From a virus, in IMG/VR virus record IMGVR_UViG_3300001199_000004: a DNA stretch of 64,000 bases; one strand, written 5' to 3'. Positions 55,636-64,000 of the stretch are shown here, in pieces (within the stretch, counting starts at the first letter, position 1; the number at the start of each line of letters is the position of its first letter). Below the pieces are notes generated by a model, which saw nothing but the letters and a program-made list of their open reading frames with translations, searched no databases and was not told the origin of the DNA. A program made the position numbers and the translations under genes.

Positions 55636-56169
55636 ATGAATCTTTCCAACAAACTCTTGTTGCCTACGTCCATTAACCCCAACAAGCCTAAAGCCGTTCT
55701 CACAATCACCAATGAGGATGCCATTTATGGCTATATAATCAACGGGGAGAAAGTGGCAGTGGCAGAATCCATTGACTTTCACAAAACGGTTCCTGTGTAT
55801 TATGGAGGGCCTATAAACAATAATGACAATTTGGGGTTGCTTCACAAATTCCCAGATGTTGAACCAGAATTGTCTTCTTATTTTGATGGAATTCATGCAT
55901 TTGCTGTGTGTAAGAACATCTTTTTTGGAACACCAATTGGTTTGATGAACATTTACAAGCAAAATAGGTCCAAAAGATCAAATGACTTTATGTTGCTCCA
56001 AGGCAATTTAGAGTGGACACAAGAAACATTAGAAAAAGAAATCGAATATGGTTTCTGGGAGATTGAGGATGCACAAGAATACAATATTTTTGACAGAAAA
56101 GCCATTGATGCTTTGGCTTCTGATGCTTGTCGGAAAAAGCTTCACCAAATGAAGCCTTCACTAAATTAA
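55636..56169 (+). CDS. YqgE/AlgH (DUF179)-family protein
   Basis: N-terminal KLLL, YGYIIN, PVYYGGP, G...W....LEKEIEYGFW. Confidence 0.7.
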   Translation: MNLSNKLLLPTSINPNKPKAVLTITNEDAIYGYIINGEKVAVAESIDFHKTVPVYYGGPINNNDNLGLLHKFPDVEPELSSYFDGIHAFAVCKNIFFGTPIGLMNIYKQNRSKRSNDFMLLQGNLEWTQETLEKEIEYGFWEIEDAQEYNIFDRKAIDALASDACRKKLHQMKPSLN

Positions 56170-56749
56170 AAGGAATGCTGTGCAACAAAAAGTTATTAGT
56201 GGAAAATTAGAAGACTTTCACAAAACCTTAGAACAATATCTAAAAGACGACGAATGGAGAGTAATTCACTTAACTAGCACCTACGCTCCTGTAGGGGTTT
56301 TTGTTGTTGCGGTTATTCAAAAATATGATGGCAGGCTTCACTAAACTTTATGTTCGACAAAATTGCGGAGCGGCTTAGAAAAATTCGGGACACTACTACA
56401 CATCCTCTTGAGCGAAGAATTATGTCTTGGCTAATTGGTGAAGGCCCACATGTATCACGTAGATATCAGAGAAAATATGATTGTTTGAAAGCAACTCGTA
56501 AAACACATAGTAAAAAATTAAGAGGAATTAAACGTCTTCACTAAATTTCCAATGAATAAATTAATTAAAATATATGAAGAAGTAGGAGGAAACCCTAACA
56601 TGTGGTATGAATGCGACGTATGTGGCGGCGGAGAATTTCCCACTTATGAAAATGGCGAAACAGGCTACACAAGAATATTCAAATACGAAAATAAAATTTA
56701 TTGTGAGTATTGCATAAATGATGCCGTCAATAAGATTGAGCAAGTATAA

Positions 56750-57178
56750 ATGGACACTCGCGAATCTATTGGTAAAGAAATAAAAAGGCTTACTGGTAAG
56801 TCTAAAGGCTTGTGTCAATTCAAAAAAGAAGACGGTTTTATTTGTTGCAAACCCTCTGTCAACAAATTTGACCTAAGATGTAAAGAACATCACAAAATGC
56901 AAATTACAACTCGAAGTGGAAGACGAATTGATGCTCCACCACAAATAAATATAGATTCTAACAGAAAAGCCATTCATGGGCTAAAAAAGCAACATGAATG
57001 GCTTTTAGAACAAGCCTACATAGAAGCTTATGTTAAAAACGATGAATTCAATCTAAATTGGATTAGTGCCGAAAAAGCAAACAATCTCCCTCCTGCAGTT
57101 GTAGATTGTTTATGTATGTATTTATTTGGAATTCTAGAACCAGTTTGGGATGCGACAACTGGCGAATTAATTAAGTGA
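56750..57178 (+). CDS. Hypothetical protein with Cys/His cluster
   Basis: CQF...C...CKEH. Confidence 0.65.
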   Translation: MDTRESIGKEIKRLTGKSKGLCQFKKEDGFICCKPSVNKFDLRCKEHHKMQITTRSGRRIDAPPQINIDSNRKAIHGLKKQHEWLLEQAYIEAYVKNDEFNLNWISAEKANNLPPAVVDCLCMYLFGILEPVWDATTGELIK

Positions 57179-57414
57179 TCCTTGGCTTAAAATGAAACCT
57201 CCGAAATCTGTATTGACCCGTCTTAAACAAGACGGATATAAACACAAAAAACAGGATTGGTATGATATCCCCGATCCAGAAGGCAATCGTTGGTTTGTTT
57301 ATCTTTCTAGAAAAGAAGAAGGCCGAGAGAAGTATTATGCAGCAACCATCTCAACAATAACGGGCAAATGGTTGGTAGAAATTCTTTCTTCTTATCATAT
57401 CTTTGAAATTAAAA

Positions 57415-57852
57415 ATGAAGATAATTAAAGGCAATTTTTTTAATTTTGTTTCTGAAGATAGAAACATTTTAGTCCCTCATGTCTGCAATAATGTTAAGAA
57501 ATTTGGGGCTGGTTTTGCCAAAAGCATTGCATTGAAGTGGCCTATTGTTCGCTCCAAGTTCATTGATTTTGATGCCAAACTCGGAGATGTTCAGTTTGTC
57601 AACGTTGATAGTCTAACTGTGGCAAACATGATTGCTCAAGATGGTGTCAAATCCGTAAACGAAAAGAAACCCCTTAAATACAATCATTTGATTCGTTGTA
57701 TGGATTCTGTTGCCCAAATGGCAAAAGATTCTGGTGCCGAAATTCACACCATTAAATTTGGTAGTAATTTAGCTGGTGGGACTTGGGAATTAATCGAAGA
57801 ATTAATTTACGAACTTTGGGACGATTTGCCAGTTTTCATCTATTATGAGTAA
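57415..57852 (+). CDS. Macro-domain protein (ADP-ribose binding or hydrolysis)
   Basis: IIKGN...HVCNNVKKFGAGFAKSIALKWP...VANMIAQ...FGSNLAGGTW. Confidence 0.85.
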   Translation: MKIIKGNFFNFVSEDRNILVPHVCNNVKKFGAGFAKSIALKWPIVRSKFIDFDAKLGDVQFVNVDSLTVANMIAQDGVKSVNEKKPLKYNHLIRCMDSVAQMAKDSGAEIHTIKFGSNLAGGTWELIEELIYELWDDLPVFIYYE

Positions 57853-58195
57853 ATTTTATTATCTTGAAGGAACAAAAGTATTTAAAAGTGATGGCTCAAG
57901 ACAATATGAAGCAGTTTCAAATTTAGAGAAAACTTACATTGGAGATAAAATACTGGTTTCTACAGCTTTTCTAGAAATGTTTATTTCAAAACACAAAATA
58001 CTTCTATTTGAAACGGCCGTTTTTGATCGTGGCGAAAACACTTTCATTTATCGTTTTGATAATTATCATAAAGCCATACATAATCATTGGGTGTTCGTAG
58101 ACGAAATTCGTACAATCAAAAATGTTGAAACAATGCCAGAAGAATTTTTACAAAAGTTTCTAGACGCTAACGTAAAAAACTTCCACTTAAAATGA
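57845..58195 (+). CDS. Hypothetical phage protein
   Basis: VSTAFL...LFETAVF...AIHNH. Confidence 0.65.
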   Translation: MSKFYYLEGTKVFKSDGSRQYEAVSNLEKTYIGDKILVSTAFLEMFISKHKILLFETAVFDRGENTFIYRFDNYHKAIHNHWVFVDEIRTIKNVETMPEEFLQKFLDANVKNFHLK

Positions 58196-58861
58196 ACTCA
58201 TATCAGGCAACTATCATTTTTGCTCGTAAAACTGGTGATAGACGAGTTTGGCGTATAGGAACTTATTCAGAAGCCATTGGCGAAACAGAACATAAAATTC
58301 GTAGAAGATTACTCGAATGGTACTTAAAAAAGAACTATCAGGTCAAAAGTATTAAGGTGGAAAAATGGTAAGAATTGGAATATTTTGTTTAATTGCCTTT
58401 ATATTGGGTTATGTTTTAGCTAAACTCAATAAAGACAAAAAAGACCCCCAACCTAATGAGGAATTAAACTCGTGGAGAGAGAAACACAAATAGGTTTTCC
58501 CATTCGTTTTGCTAAAGCCTCAGACCCAGAAGAAGGCCGAATTGGCGTTAAAGATATGAAGTCAGAAGGCTTTCATTATGTTAAAAAGCCACCAAAAAAC
58601 TTCAAATTGGAAACAATTGATAGAGAAAAAATGCTGGCTTTTGGTACAATCCAAGGTGATTAACCGTCTACTCCGTCCCAATTTAACGTTTGTTCTAACC
58701 AATAATTTTTATATTCAATCCAATTTGGGAATGAATCTGAATAAATACCAGAAGACACCACACTAAAAGTATATTCATTAGGAACAGGGGTTATTGTGAA
58801 ATTATGTTTACATTCATAATCACTAAAAATAATGTATTCTTCCATATCATAATGTAGAAAC

Positions 58862-59866
58862 ATGTTCAATTTTATTAAAAAGTATTTTGCCCCAACACAA
58901 AAATTTGGGGATACACTTAAAAATATCAAAAAAACTTCTGAGACTTCACACAAATATAGAGGCTCACTTGAAATTCAATGGGATACAGAAAGTGAATTAG
59001 AATCCCGAGAATTAGAAAAAAGACTAAGATCCTTCTTAAAGGAATTTAATCCACTATTTACCGAATGTTTTAGTGATCATCGCTTTCATGTAAATGTAAA
59101 AAACCTAGCTGATTCCAAACCACTTAAATTGATAGAAGTCCCAATTCCTAAGGTTTTTGAACTTATTGGAAAAGAATCTCCAAGACTTGAAGTTGATGGA
59201 AAAGAATACAAAGTCCGTTTGGCTTCAAGTCGTTTCAAAACATTTCAAGAATCCCTTGCTTGTGCAGCCTGTGGATTAACGGCTACTAAAGCATTTATTG
59301 AAAAATGTCCTATAGATGTTTCTCCACACGTTAATTTTTATGCTGAAGAAAATGGTAAATTAGTCTTATTTACCAGAGATCATATCCATCCTAAGTCTAA
59401 AGGGGGCAAGAACATATATAGCAATTATCAAACTATGTGTTCCACATGCAATAACCTTAAAGGCAATAGCAATATTACACTTGAGCAATTAAAACAATTA
59501 AGAGCCCTACTTAATGAAAACAAAAACAAGATAACCAGACGAGAATTATCAGATTTACTCCTGAAGAAAAAAGACGAATTCAAAGCACCCTCTAAACATC
59601 CTAAACCTTTTAAATTGGCTCAACCAAAAATCAAGATTCAAGAAAAATTGATGGTTAAAGAGGATATTGTATTGATTAAAAGGGATGGAGAAATCTGGGC
59701 AAAACATACTCATGCAGTACAATCTAATATTTTGGCCTTGGCTTGCATCCCAAGACAGAGTATAATAAAACCTCTGATGACATTTCAAGGAATGGTATAT
59801 TGTTCTACCATTGACGACGGCATTTCATTTTTTATTGATATCAATCTAACCAAACAAGCACAATGA
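58862..59866 (+). CDS. HNH endonuclease-domain protein
   Basis: CAACG...TRDHIHPKSKGG.N...NYQTMCSTCNNLKG. Confidence 0.85.
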   Translation: MFNFIKKYFAPTQKFGDTLKNIKKTSETSHKYRGSLEIQWDTESELESRELEKRLRSFLKEFNPLFTECFSDHRFHVNVKNLADSKPLKLIEVPIPKVFELIGKESPRLEVDGKEYKVRLASSRFKTFQESLACAACGLTATKAFIEKCPIDVSPHVNFYAEENGKLVLFTRDHIHPKSKGGKNIYSNYQTMCSTCNNLKGNSNITLEQLKQLRALLNENKNKITRRELSDLLLKKKDEFKAPSKHPKPFKLAQPKIKIQEKLMVKEDIVLIKRDGEIWAKHTHAVQSNILALACIPRQSIIKPLMTFQGMVYCSTIDDGISFFIDINLTKQAQ

Positions 59867-60372
59867 AAATCGACAAACTAATTGTCACTCAAAACTCTTT
59901 GCGAAATAACGCTTGTATTGGCCCAATGGTCAAACATGTTGAAAATGGTGGATTTTGGGATCGTGAATCCTTAGAACATTATTCCAAAGAGAATGGAATT
60001 AAGGTTTCCCCCCTAATTCAAATTTCCCAATTTGAAGATGGAAAACAATTTATTCATGATGGACACCACAGAACTATTGCCACGATTCTTGGCAAAAGAA
60101 ATTATTTAAGTCCAGATGAATTTGAAGTGAATTATTGGAAATATGCAGATTATGATGTATTGTCTCCTGAAAATGGATGGTTTACACCATTTGACCCAAG
60201 AACGCATATTCGTTTAGGAGACTTTTTGGGTTATAAAAAATTGGCTAAGGATGCATATCAACGTAGTTTGCTGTCGAATGAATGGGTAAAAGAGATTGAA
60301 TACCTATTTAAGGGAAAGAGAGAGTTTTTAACTGTTGATGAGCTAATCAATAAGCTCGGTTTGTTTGTGTAG
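59863..60372 (+). CDS. ParB/sulfiredoxin-like domain protein
   Basis: LIVTQ...FIHDGHHR. Confidence 0.65.
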   Translation: MKIDKLIVTQNSLRNNACIGPMVKHVENGGFWDRESLEHYSKENGIKVSPLIQISQFEDGKQFIHDGHHRTIATILGKRNYLSPDEFEVNYWKYADYDVLSPENGWFTPFDPRTHIRLGDFLGYKKLAKDAYQRSLLSNEWVKEIEYLFKGKREFLTVDELINKLGLFV

Positions 60373-60386
60373 GATTTTTCACTTTA

Positions 60387-60770
60387 ATGGAGTTGTGTAT
60401 GATTTCTTTGATTTTGTGTGCGGTATTGGGAGCAGAGGTTGAATTAAGTGATTGTGAAAGTCGAATGCTTGTTAATATCAACTCAGAACGACAAAGCAGA
60501 GGATTATCCGAACTGGTGGTTGATGAAGCACTTATGAATGCAACCAGAGGGCATTGCCAATGGATGGCCAATAACTCAACAATGGTTCATGCACGAAATT
60601 GTGGCCGTGAAAACATTGCTATGGGAACAGATGTAGATGGTTGCCACAACATGTGGATGAAAAGCAGTGGACACAGAAACAACCTTCTTTACAGCCGTGG
60701 CACTAAAGTTGGAGTAGCGGCTTATTGTAATAGTAGGGGAAGACCTTATTACTGCTATAGAGTCTATTAA
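60387..60770 (+). CDS. CAP (SCP) domain protein with N-terminal hydrophobic segment
   Basis: INSERQSRGL...H...M...H...ENIAMG...WMKSSGHRNNLL...VGVA. Confidence 0.85.
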   Translation: MELCMISLILCAVLGAEVELSDCESRMLVNINSERQSRGLSELVVDEALMNATRGHCQWMANNSTMVHARNCGRENIAMGTDVDGCHNMWMKSSGHRNNLLYSRGTKVGVAAYCNSRGRPYYCYRVY

Positions 60771-60771
60771 A

Positions 60772-61206
60772 TTATTTTAGATTTTTAAGCTTATAAAGTG
60801 TTCTATAAGTGAGGGTAGTCATTTCGTCAATAATATTGTCGAGATGGCTATCCTCTTCTTTTATATTAGAATGTGATTTTTTTAAATCTGTTACAAAACC
60901 TTCAAGATAAGCAATAGCATCACCAGAATTTCCAGCCTGAGTTGATAACACTGGATAGCTTTTGATTATTCCATATTCTCCCTGATAAGTTTCAATAAAC
61001 TCATCGGCCAAATCTAATATTCCATTATAAAATTCATCCAATGCTTTATGTTCAGCATAAGATTTTGTTTGCAAATGAAGAACGTGCGTGACTTGACGAG
61101 CCTCAAATAAACGAGCAACAAACAAAGATATAAAAGAAGGTTCTTCTTTTATATCTTTGGCTTCATTTATTTTATATTTGTTTTTTAAGTCTTGAATGCT
61201 TTTCAT
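60772..61206 (-). CDS. Ferritin/Dps-like four-helix protein (phage DUF5856-like)
   Basis: HVLHLQTKSYAEHKALDEFY...D.FIETYQG...YKLKNL. Confidence 0.75.
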   Translation of the reverse strand: MKSIQDLKNKYKINEAKDIKEEPSFISLFVARLFEARQVTHVLHLQTKSYAEHKALDEFYNGILDLADEFIETYQGEYGIIKSYPVLSTQAGNSGDAIAYLEGFVTDLKKSHSNIKEEDSHLDNIIDEMTTLTYRTLYKLKNLK

Positions 61207-61634
61207 TTTACATTTTCTTTAATTAATTGTGCTGTTTCTGGATCACATAATCTTAAATGTCTTGGCTCATGGGAAAGTTTCCAATCATGAGTTAACATCA
61301 TAAATCTACCTTCAAATGGAAGGGCCGCAAAGTTTTCATTAACGATTGCTCCCAAAAGAACAACTCGATTTGAAACCTTTTCTAAGTCGGCTTTTAGTTT
61401 TTGATTTTCAGCAACTAATTTTGCTAAATCATCAACCTTCTTCACTTCCACTTTGACAACTTCTGTTGTACCTGCAACAACCTGTTTTTCTTGCAAGCTC
61501 CAGAACAAATGCAAAGACAATAAAACAACAAGAAATGGCAATAAAATTTTGCCATAAACAAAATTCTTGTCTACCTGATTTTCTGCTGGCGTTTCTGCCA
61601 CGATTTCTTCGACTGATTTTTCCCAATTTTCCAT
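61203..61634 (-). CDS. Single-TM coiled-coil protein (start revised to MENWEK)
   Basis: ILLPFLVVLLSLHLFW followed by a coiled coil. Confidence 0.6.
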   Translation of the reverse strand: MENWEKSVEEIVAETPAENQVDKNFVYGKILLPFLVVLLSLHLFWSLQEKQVVAGTTEVVKVEVKKVDDLAKLVAENQKLKADLEKVSNRVVLLGAIVNENFAALPFEGRFMMLTHDWKLSHEPRHLRLCDPETAQLIKENVK

Positions 61635-61686
61635 GTTTTTTGCCCACCTATTGTAATGTTCCCATACATATATATGTTTACACAAA

Positions 61687-63849
61687 ATGAAAAAAGATAC
61701 ATTTAAAAACTGGTTAGACGTTAAAAAAGCTACACTCACCGAAAATATCATCATTAATGATATGGGAAGTGAAGCTACACTTAATGTTGTTGAACCTCAC
61801 TCAATTAAAGAATTTCACTATCAATGGGATGATGGATATTCCCTTTATTTTATTGCTCCATATCAAGCAAAAAGACCTGGATATATCTCCATTTCAACAA
61901 GACCAACTCATGTTGGAATCACCAAAACAGACCCTATTGAAGGCGGAAAAGGTATTGATCAAGCCTTCCTAAAAGCACTTCAAACCACATTAAACAGCAA
62001 ATATAAGTCAGTGCCCTACAAAGAAGGAGAATCTAGTTGGTCTAATGCTTTTCCAAACCAAGCAGATATGTTCAAAAATGCTGCAGAAAAAGACTTAAAT
62101 CACCCAACTCTTCCTGATTTTCAACAAGGTGCCTCTAATTCGCAAAAGATAGCAAAATCCATCAATGTTTCTAGGGCTTCTGGTTCCTGGTCCTTTTTCT
62201 TTCGCACAGAATCACCAGAATTTGCCATTAAAGCCATTTTGGACTATGCAAAACAAGCTGCTAAACCCTTGATAGATAACGACTTAATTGATTATTATGA
62301 AATTGTTGATCGAATGAGCGGAAAAAGAATTGAAGTAGTAAGATCCCAAAAAGGTAATGATGCCCAAGGAGAACGAGAAAATGAATACACTCGTGGAGTG
62401 TCTTATTTAAAGTATTTGGCAGAATTAATGTTAAAGGATAAACCAGGGGCAAAACAACTCATTCTCAATAGAATTAATCAAGTTGGCACTAAGGTTTCAG
62501 GCGGCGGGGAACATCCTGCTCTTAAAATTCAGCCTGCAAACAACAAATTTCCTTTAGAAGAACTCAAAACCTTTGTTAATCGCACTTATGCCGAAGATTT
62601 TATTTTGTTGACATTTATTGAAGCAATTAAAAAAGACAATCAAAAAGTATATGAATTACTTGAATATGCTGGAAATAAGCCAAGTCAAACACCAGGAACG
62701 ATTGTTTATAATGGTGTCAATCTTCTAAAAACTTATGATAAATTTGATTATGGAACTGATTTATCTGATTGGTTAGAAAGTAAGGGCTATCTTGGCCTTC
62801 GTAGCCATTTCTATAATCTTGTATCTTTATTCAAATATTCAGATGATCTTAAACAAATAGTTCCTAATGAATTAACTAAATTCAGAACAGAAACCGAAGA
62901 GAAAATTAATGATTTTTTATCTAATCCAGAGGAAGAAGATGGAGATAAAATAGAATTAAGCAAAAGTGAAATTAAAGCTTTGGTTGAATTAGCCAAATAT
63001 ATTCACATTGATGAAAAGAAATTAGAAAATCTAGATGGTCTTCACAAAGATATTTTGAGCCGTGAAGCCGAAGAAAAGAAAAAAGAACAAGAACATCGAG
63101 AAAAAGCCAAACATTTGTTATATCACAAAGAAAACAAATATTTGGTATTAAAGAATGGAGATACAGTTTGGGAATCTGTTCCTGACAGATATGTTTCTTA
63201 TTCAGATCAAGACATTGACCTTGGCGAATTTGCCTTAGGCGAAATCATTGATCGAGAGGATATTGCTGAAGAAGCTTATGAAAAAGCGTCCGAAAAGGTT
63301 AGAGATGATGCCGAAGAAAGAAAATCCACCAGTTATGGGGATGATGAAAATGATGTGAATTCAGATATTGATTATTATTATGATGATTTTGTTAATGCTC
63401 ATGAATTTGAAGATGATATTTCACAAATGTCTGATGATGAATTAACCAAAATGGTTAAAGACAATTATTATGATACATTTGTTGATTGGCGTAAAAAAGA
63501 ATTAGAAAAAGAAGAAGAGGAAGAAAGCTGGAAATATGAGCCAGAACCAGATCATTCCGATATTGCAGAAGCAGAAGAAGAGTTAGCTGTTCCTTTGGCC
63601 TTTAAGGAATATGGCCTAGTTTTAATTCAATATGATGATGAAAGGCATGAAATTTTTATCCAATGTGCCGCTAAATGGGATGACAAAGTAAGACAAATTT
63701 TACTTAAAACTCTACAAACCAACCTTAATTCAAAAACCAGTGATGATGAACCACACATCTCCAGAAGTGATAAAGTGGTCATTGATTACTATGACAAAGA
63801 ACAACCTCATGTTTCTAAAGTAAGCGACTTTATTTTCGGGAATCACTAA
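61687..63849 (+). CDS. Large hypothetical protein with acidic C-terminal half (720 aa)
   Basis: Long ORF; D/E-rich region. Confidence 0.8.
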   Translation: MKKDTFKNWLDVKKATLTENIIINDMGSEATLNVVEPHSIKEFHYQWDDGYSLYFIAPYQAKRPGYISISTRPTHVGITKTDPIEGGKGIDQAFLKALQTTLNSKYKSVPYKEGESSWSNAFPNQADMFKNAAEKDLNHPTLPDFQQGASNSQKIAKSINVSRASGSWSFFFRTESPEFAIKAILDYAKQAAKPLIDNDLIDYYEIVDRMSGKRIEVVRSQKGNDAQGERENEYTRGVSYLKYLAELMLKDKPGAKQLILNRINQVGTKVSGGGEHPALKIQPANNKFPLEELKTFVNRTYAEDFILLTFIEAIKKDNQKVYELLEYAGNKPSQTPGTIVYNGVNLLKTYDKFDYGTDLSDWLESKGYLGLRSHFYNLVSLFKYSDDLKQIVPNELTKFRTETEEKINDFLSNPEEEDGDKIELSKSEIKALVELAKYIHIDEKKLENLDGLHKDILSREAEEKKKEQEHREKAKHLLYHKENKYLVLKNGDTVWESVPDRYVSYSDQDIDLGEFALGEIIDREDIAEEAYEKASEKVRDDAEERKSTSYGDDENDVNSDIDYYYDDFVNAHEFEDDISQMSDDELTKMVKDNYYDTFVDWRKKELEKEEEEESWKYEPEPDHSDIAEAEEELAVPLAFKEYGLVLIQYDDERHEIFIQCAAKWDDKVRQILLKTLQTNLNSKTSDDEPHISRSDKVVIDYYDKEQPHVSKVSDFIFGNH

Positions 63850-64000
63850 ATGCTCAGTAAAATTCTAAAAGAAATTCAATTAAAATACCCATTTGTACAA
63901 TTAGAAGTGTACGAAACTGGACATAAAATTGAATTACAGAAAATTGAAGTTCCGCCTATGTATCGCAATGGCGGCATTGGTCATGACATCATTCAAACTC
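63850..64000 (+). CDS. Partial GNAT-family acetyltransferase-like protein
   Basis: MLSKILKEI...IEVPPMYRNGGIGHDII resembles GNAT motif A; runs off the window. Confidence 0.55.
   Translation, partial: MLSKILKEIQLKYPFVQLEVYETGHKIELQKIEVPPMYRNGGIGHDIIQT

Noticed and set aside
1-64000. Alternative genetic code (stop-codon reassignment)
   Set aside because: The standard code gives dense, full-length genes, and TAA, TAG and TGA all terminate genes at sensible junctions
1-64000. tRNA or rRNA genes
   Set aside because: No cloverleaf with a T-loop consensus or rRNA-like sequence was found by eye in the intergenic gaps; tRNAscan-SE would confirm

Overview
A 64-kb segment that looks like a large (probably jumbo) tailed-phage genome: AT-rich, densely packed with mostly short hypothetical genes, and with no rRNA, tRNA, CRISPR array or IS element visible. 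Genes diverge from a ~0.9-kb non-coding region at ~11.2-12.1 kb. They lie on the minus strand to the left and almost all on the plus strand to the right, with a matching flip in strand skew, so this is an origin candidate. Two structures dominate the window. (1) About 32 copies of a 16-bp motif, CATT(TG/TA/CC)ATTGTACCTT, always co-oriented with the genes and usually followed 7 nt later by an A that is either the A of an ATG or the start of a short SD-containing leader. This fits a phage-specific promoter regulon, and a divergent sigma-70-family gene (35064-35987) sits behind one copy. (2) A ~14-kb tandem array of 25 highly diverged genes (plus one outlier at 49.4 kb) sharing only an N-terminal peptide tag, R-S-I-D-x-x-W-[DEG]. 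The tag is conserved at protein rather than DNA level. Many members carry H-x3-GPA repeats, and the array shows recent duplication and frameshift decay. Recognisable genes include a J-domain protein, SWIM finger, ferritin-like proteins, vWA protein, SWIM-fused ATP-dependent DNA ligase, Thg1-like guanylyltransferase, permuted GHKL ATPase, RuvB-like ATPase, SNF2/HARP-like helicase, YqeY, Nudix, YqgE/AlgH, macrodomain, HNH, ParB-like, CAP-domain and a partial GNAT. All product calls come from motif recognition by eye; no database searches were run.
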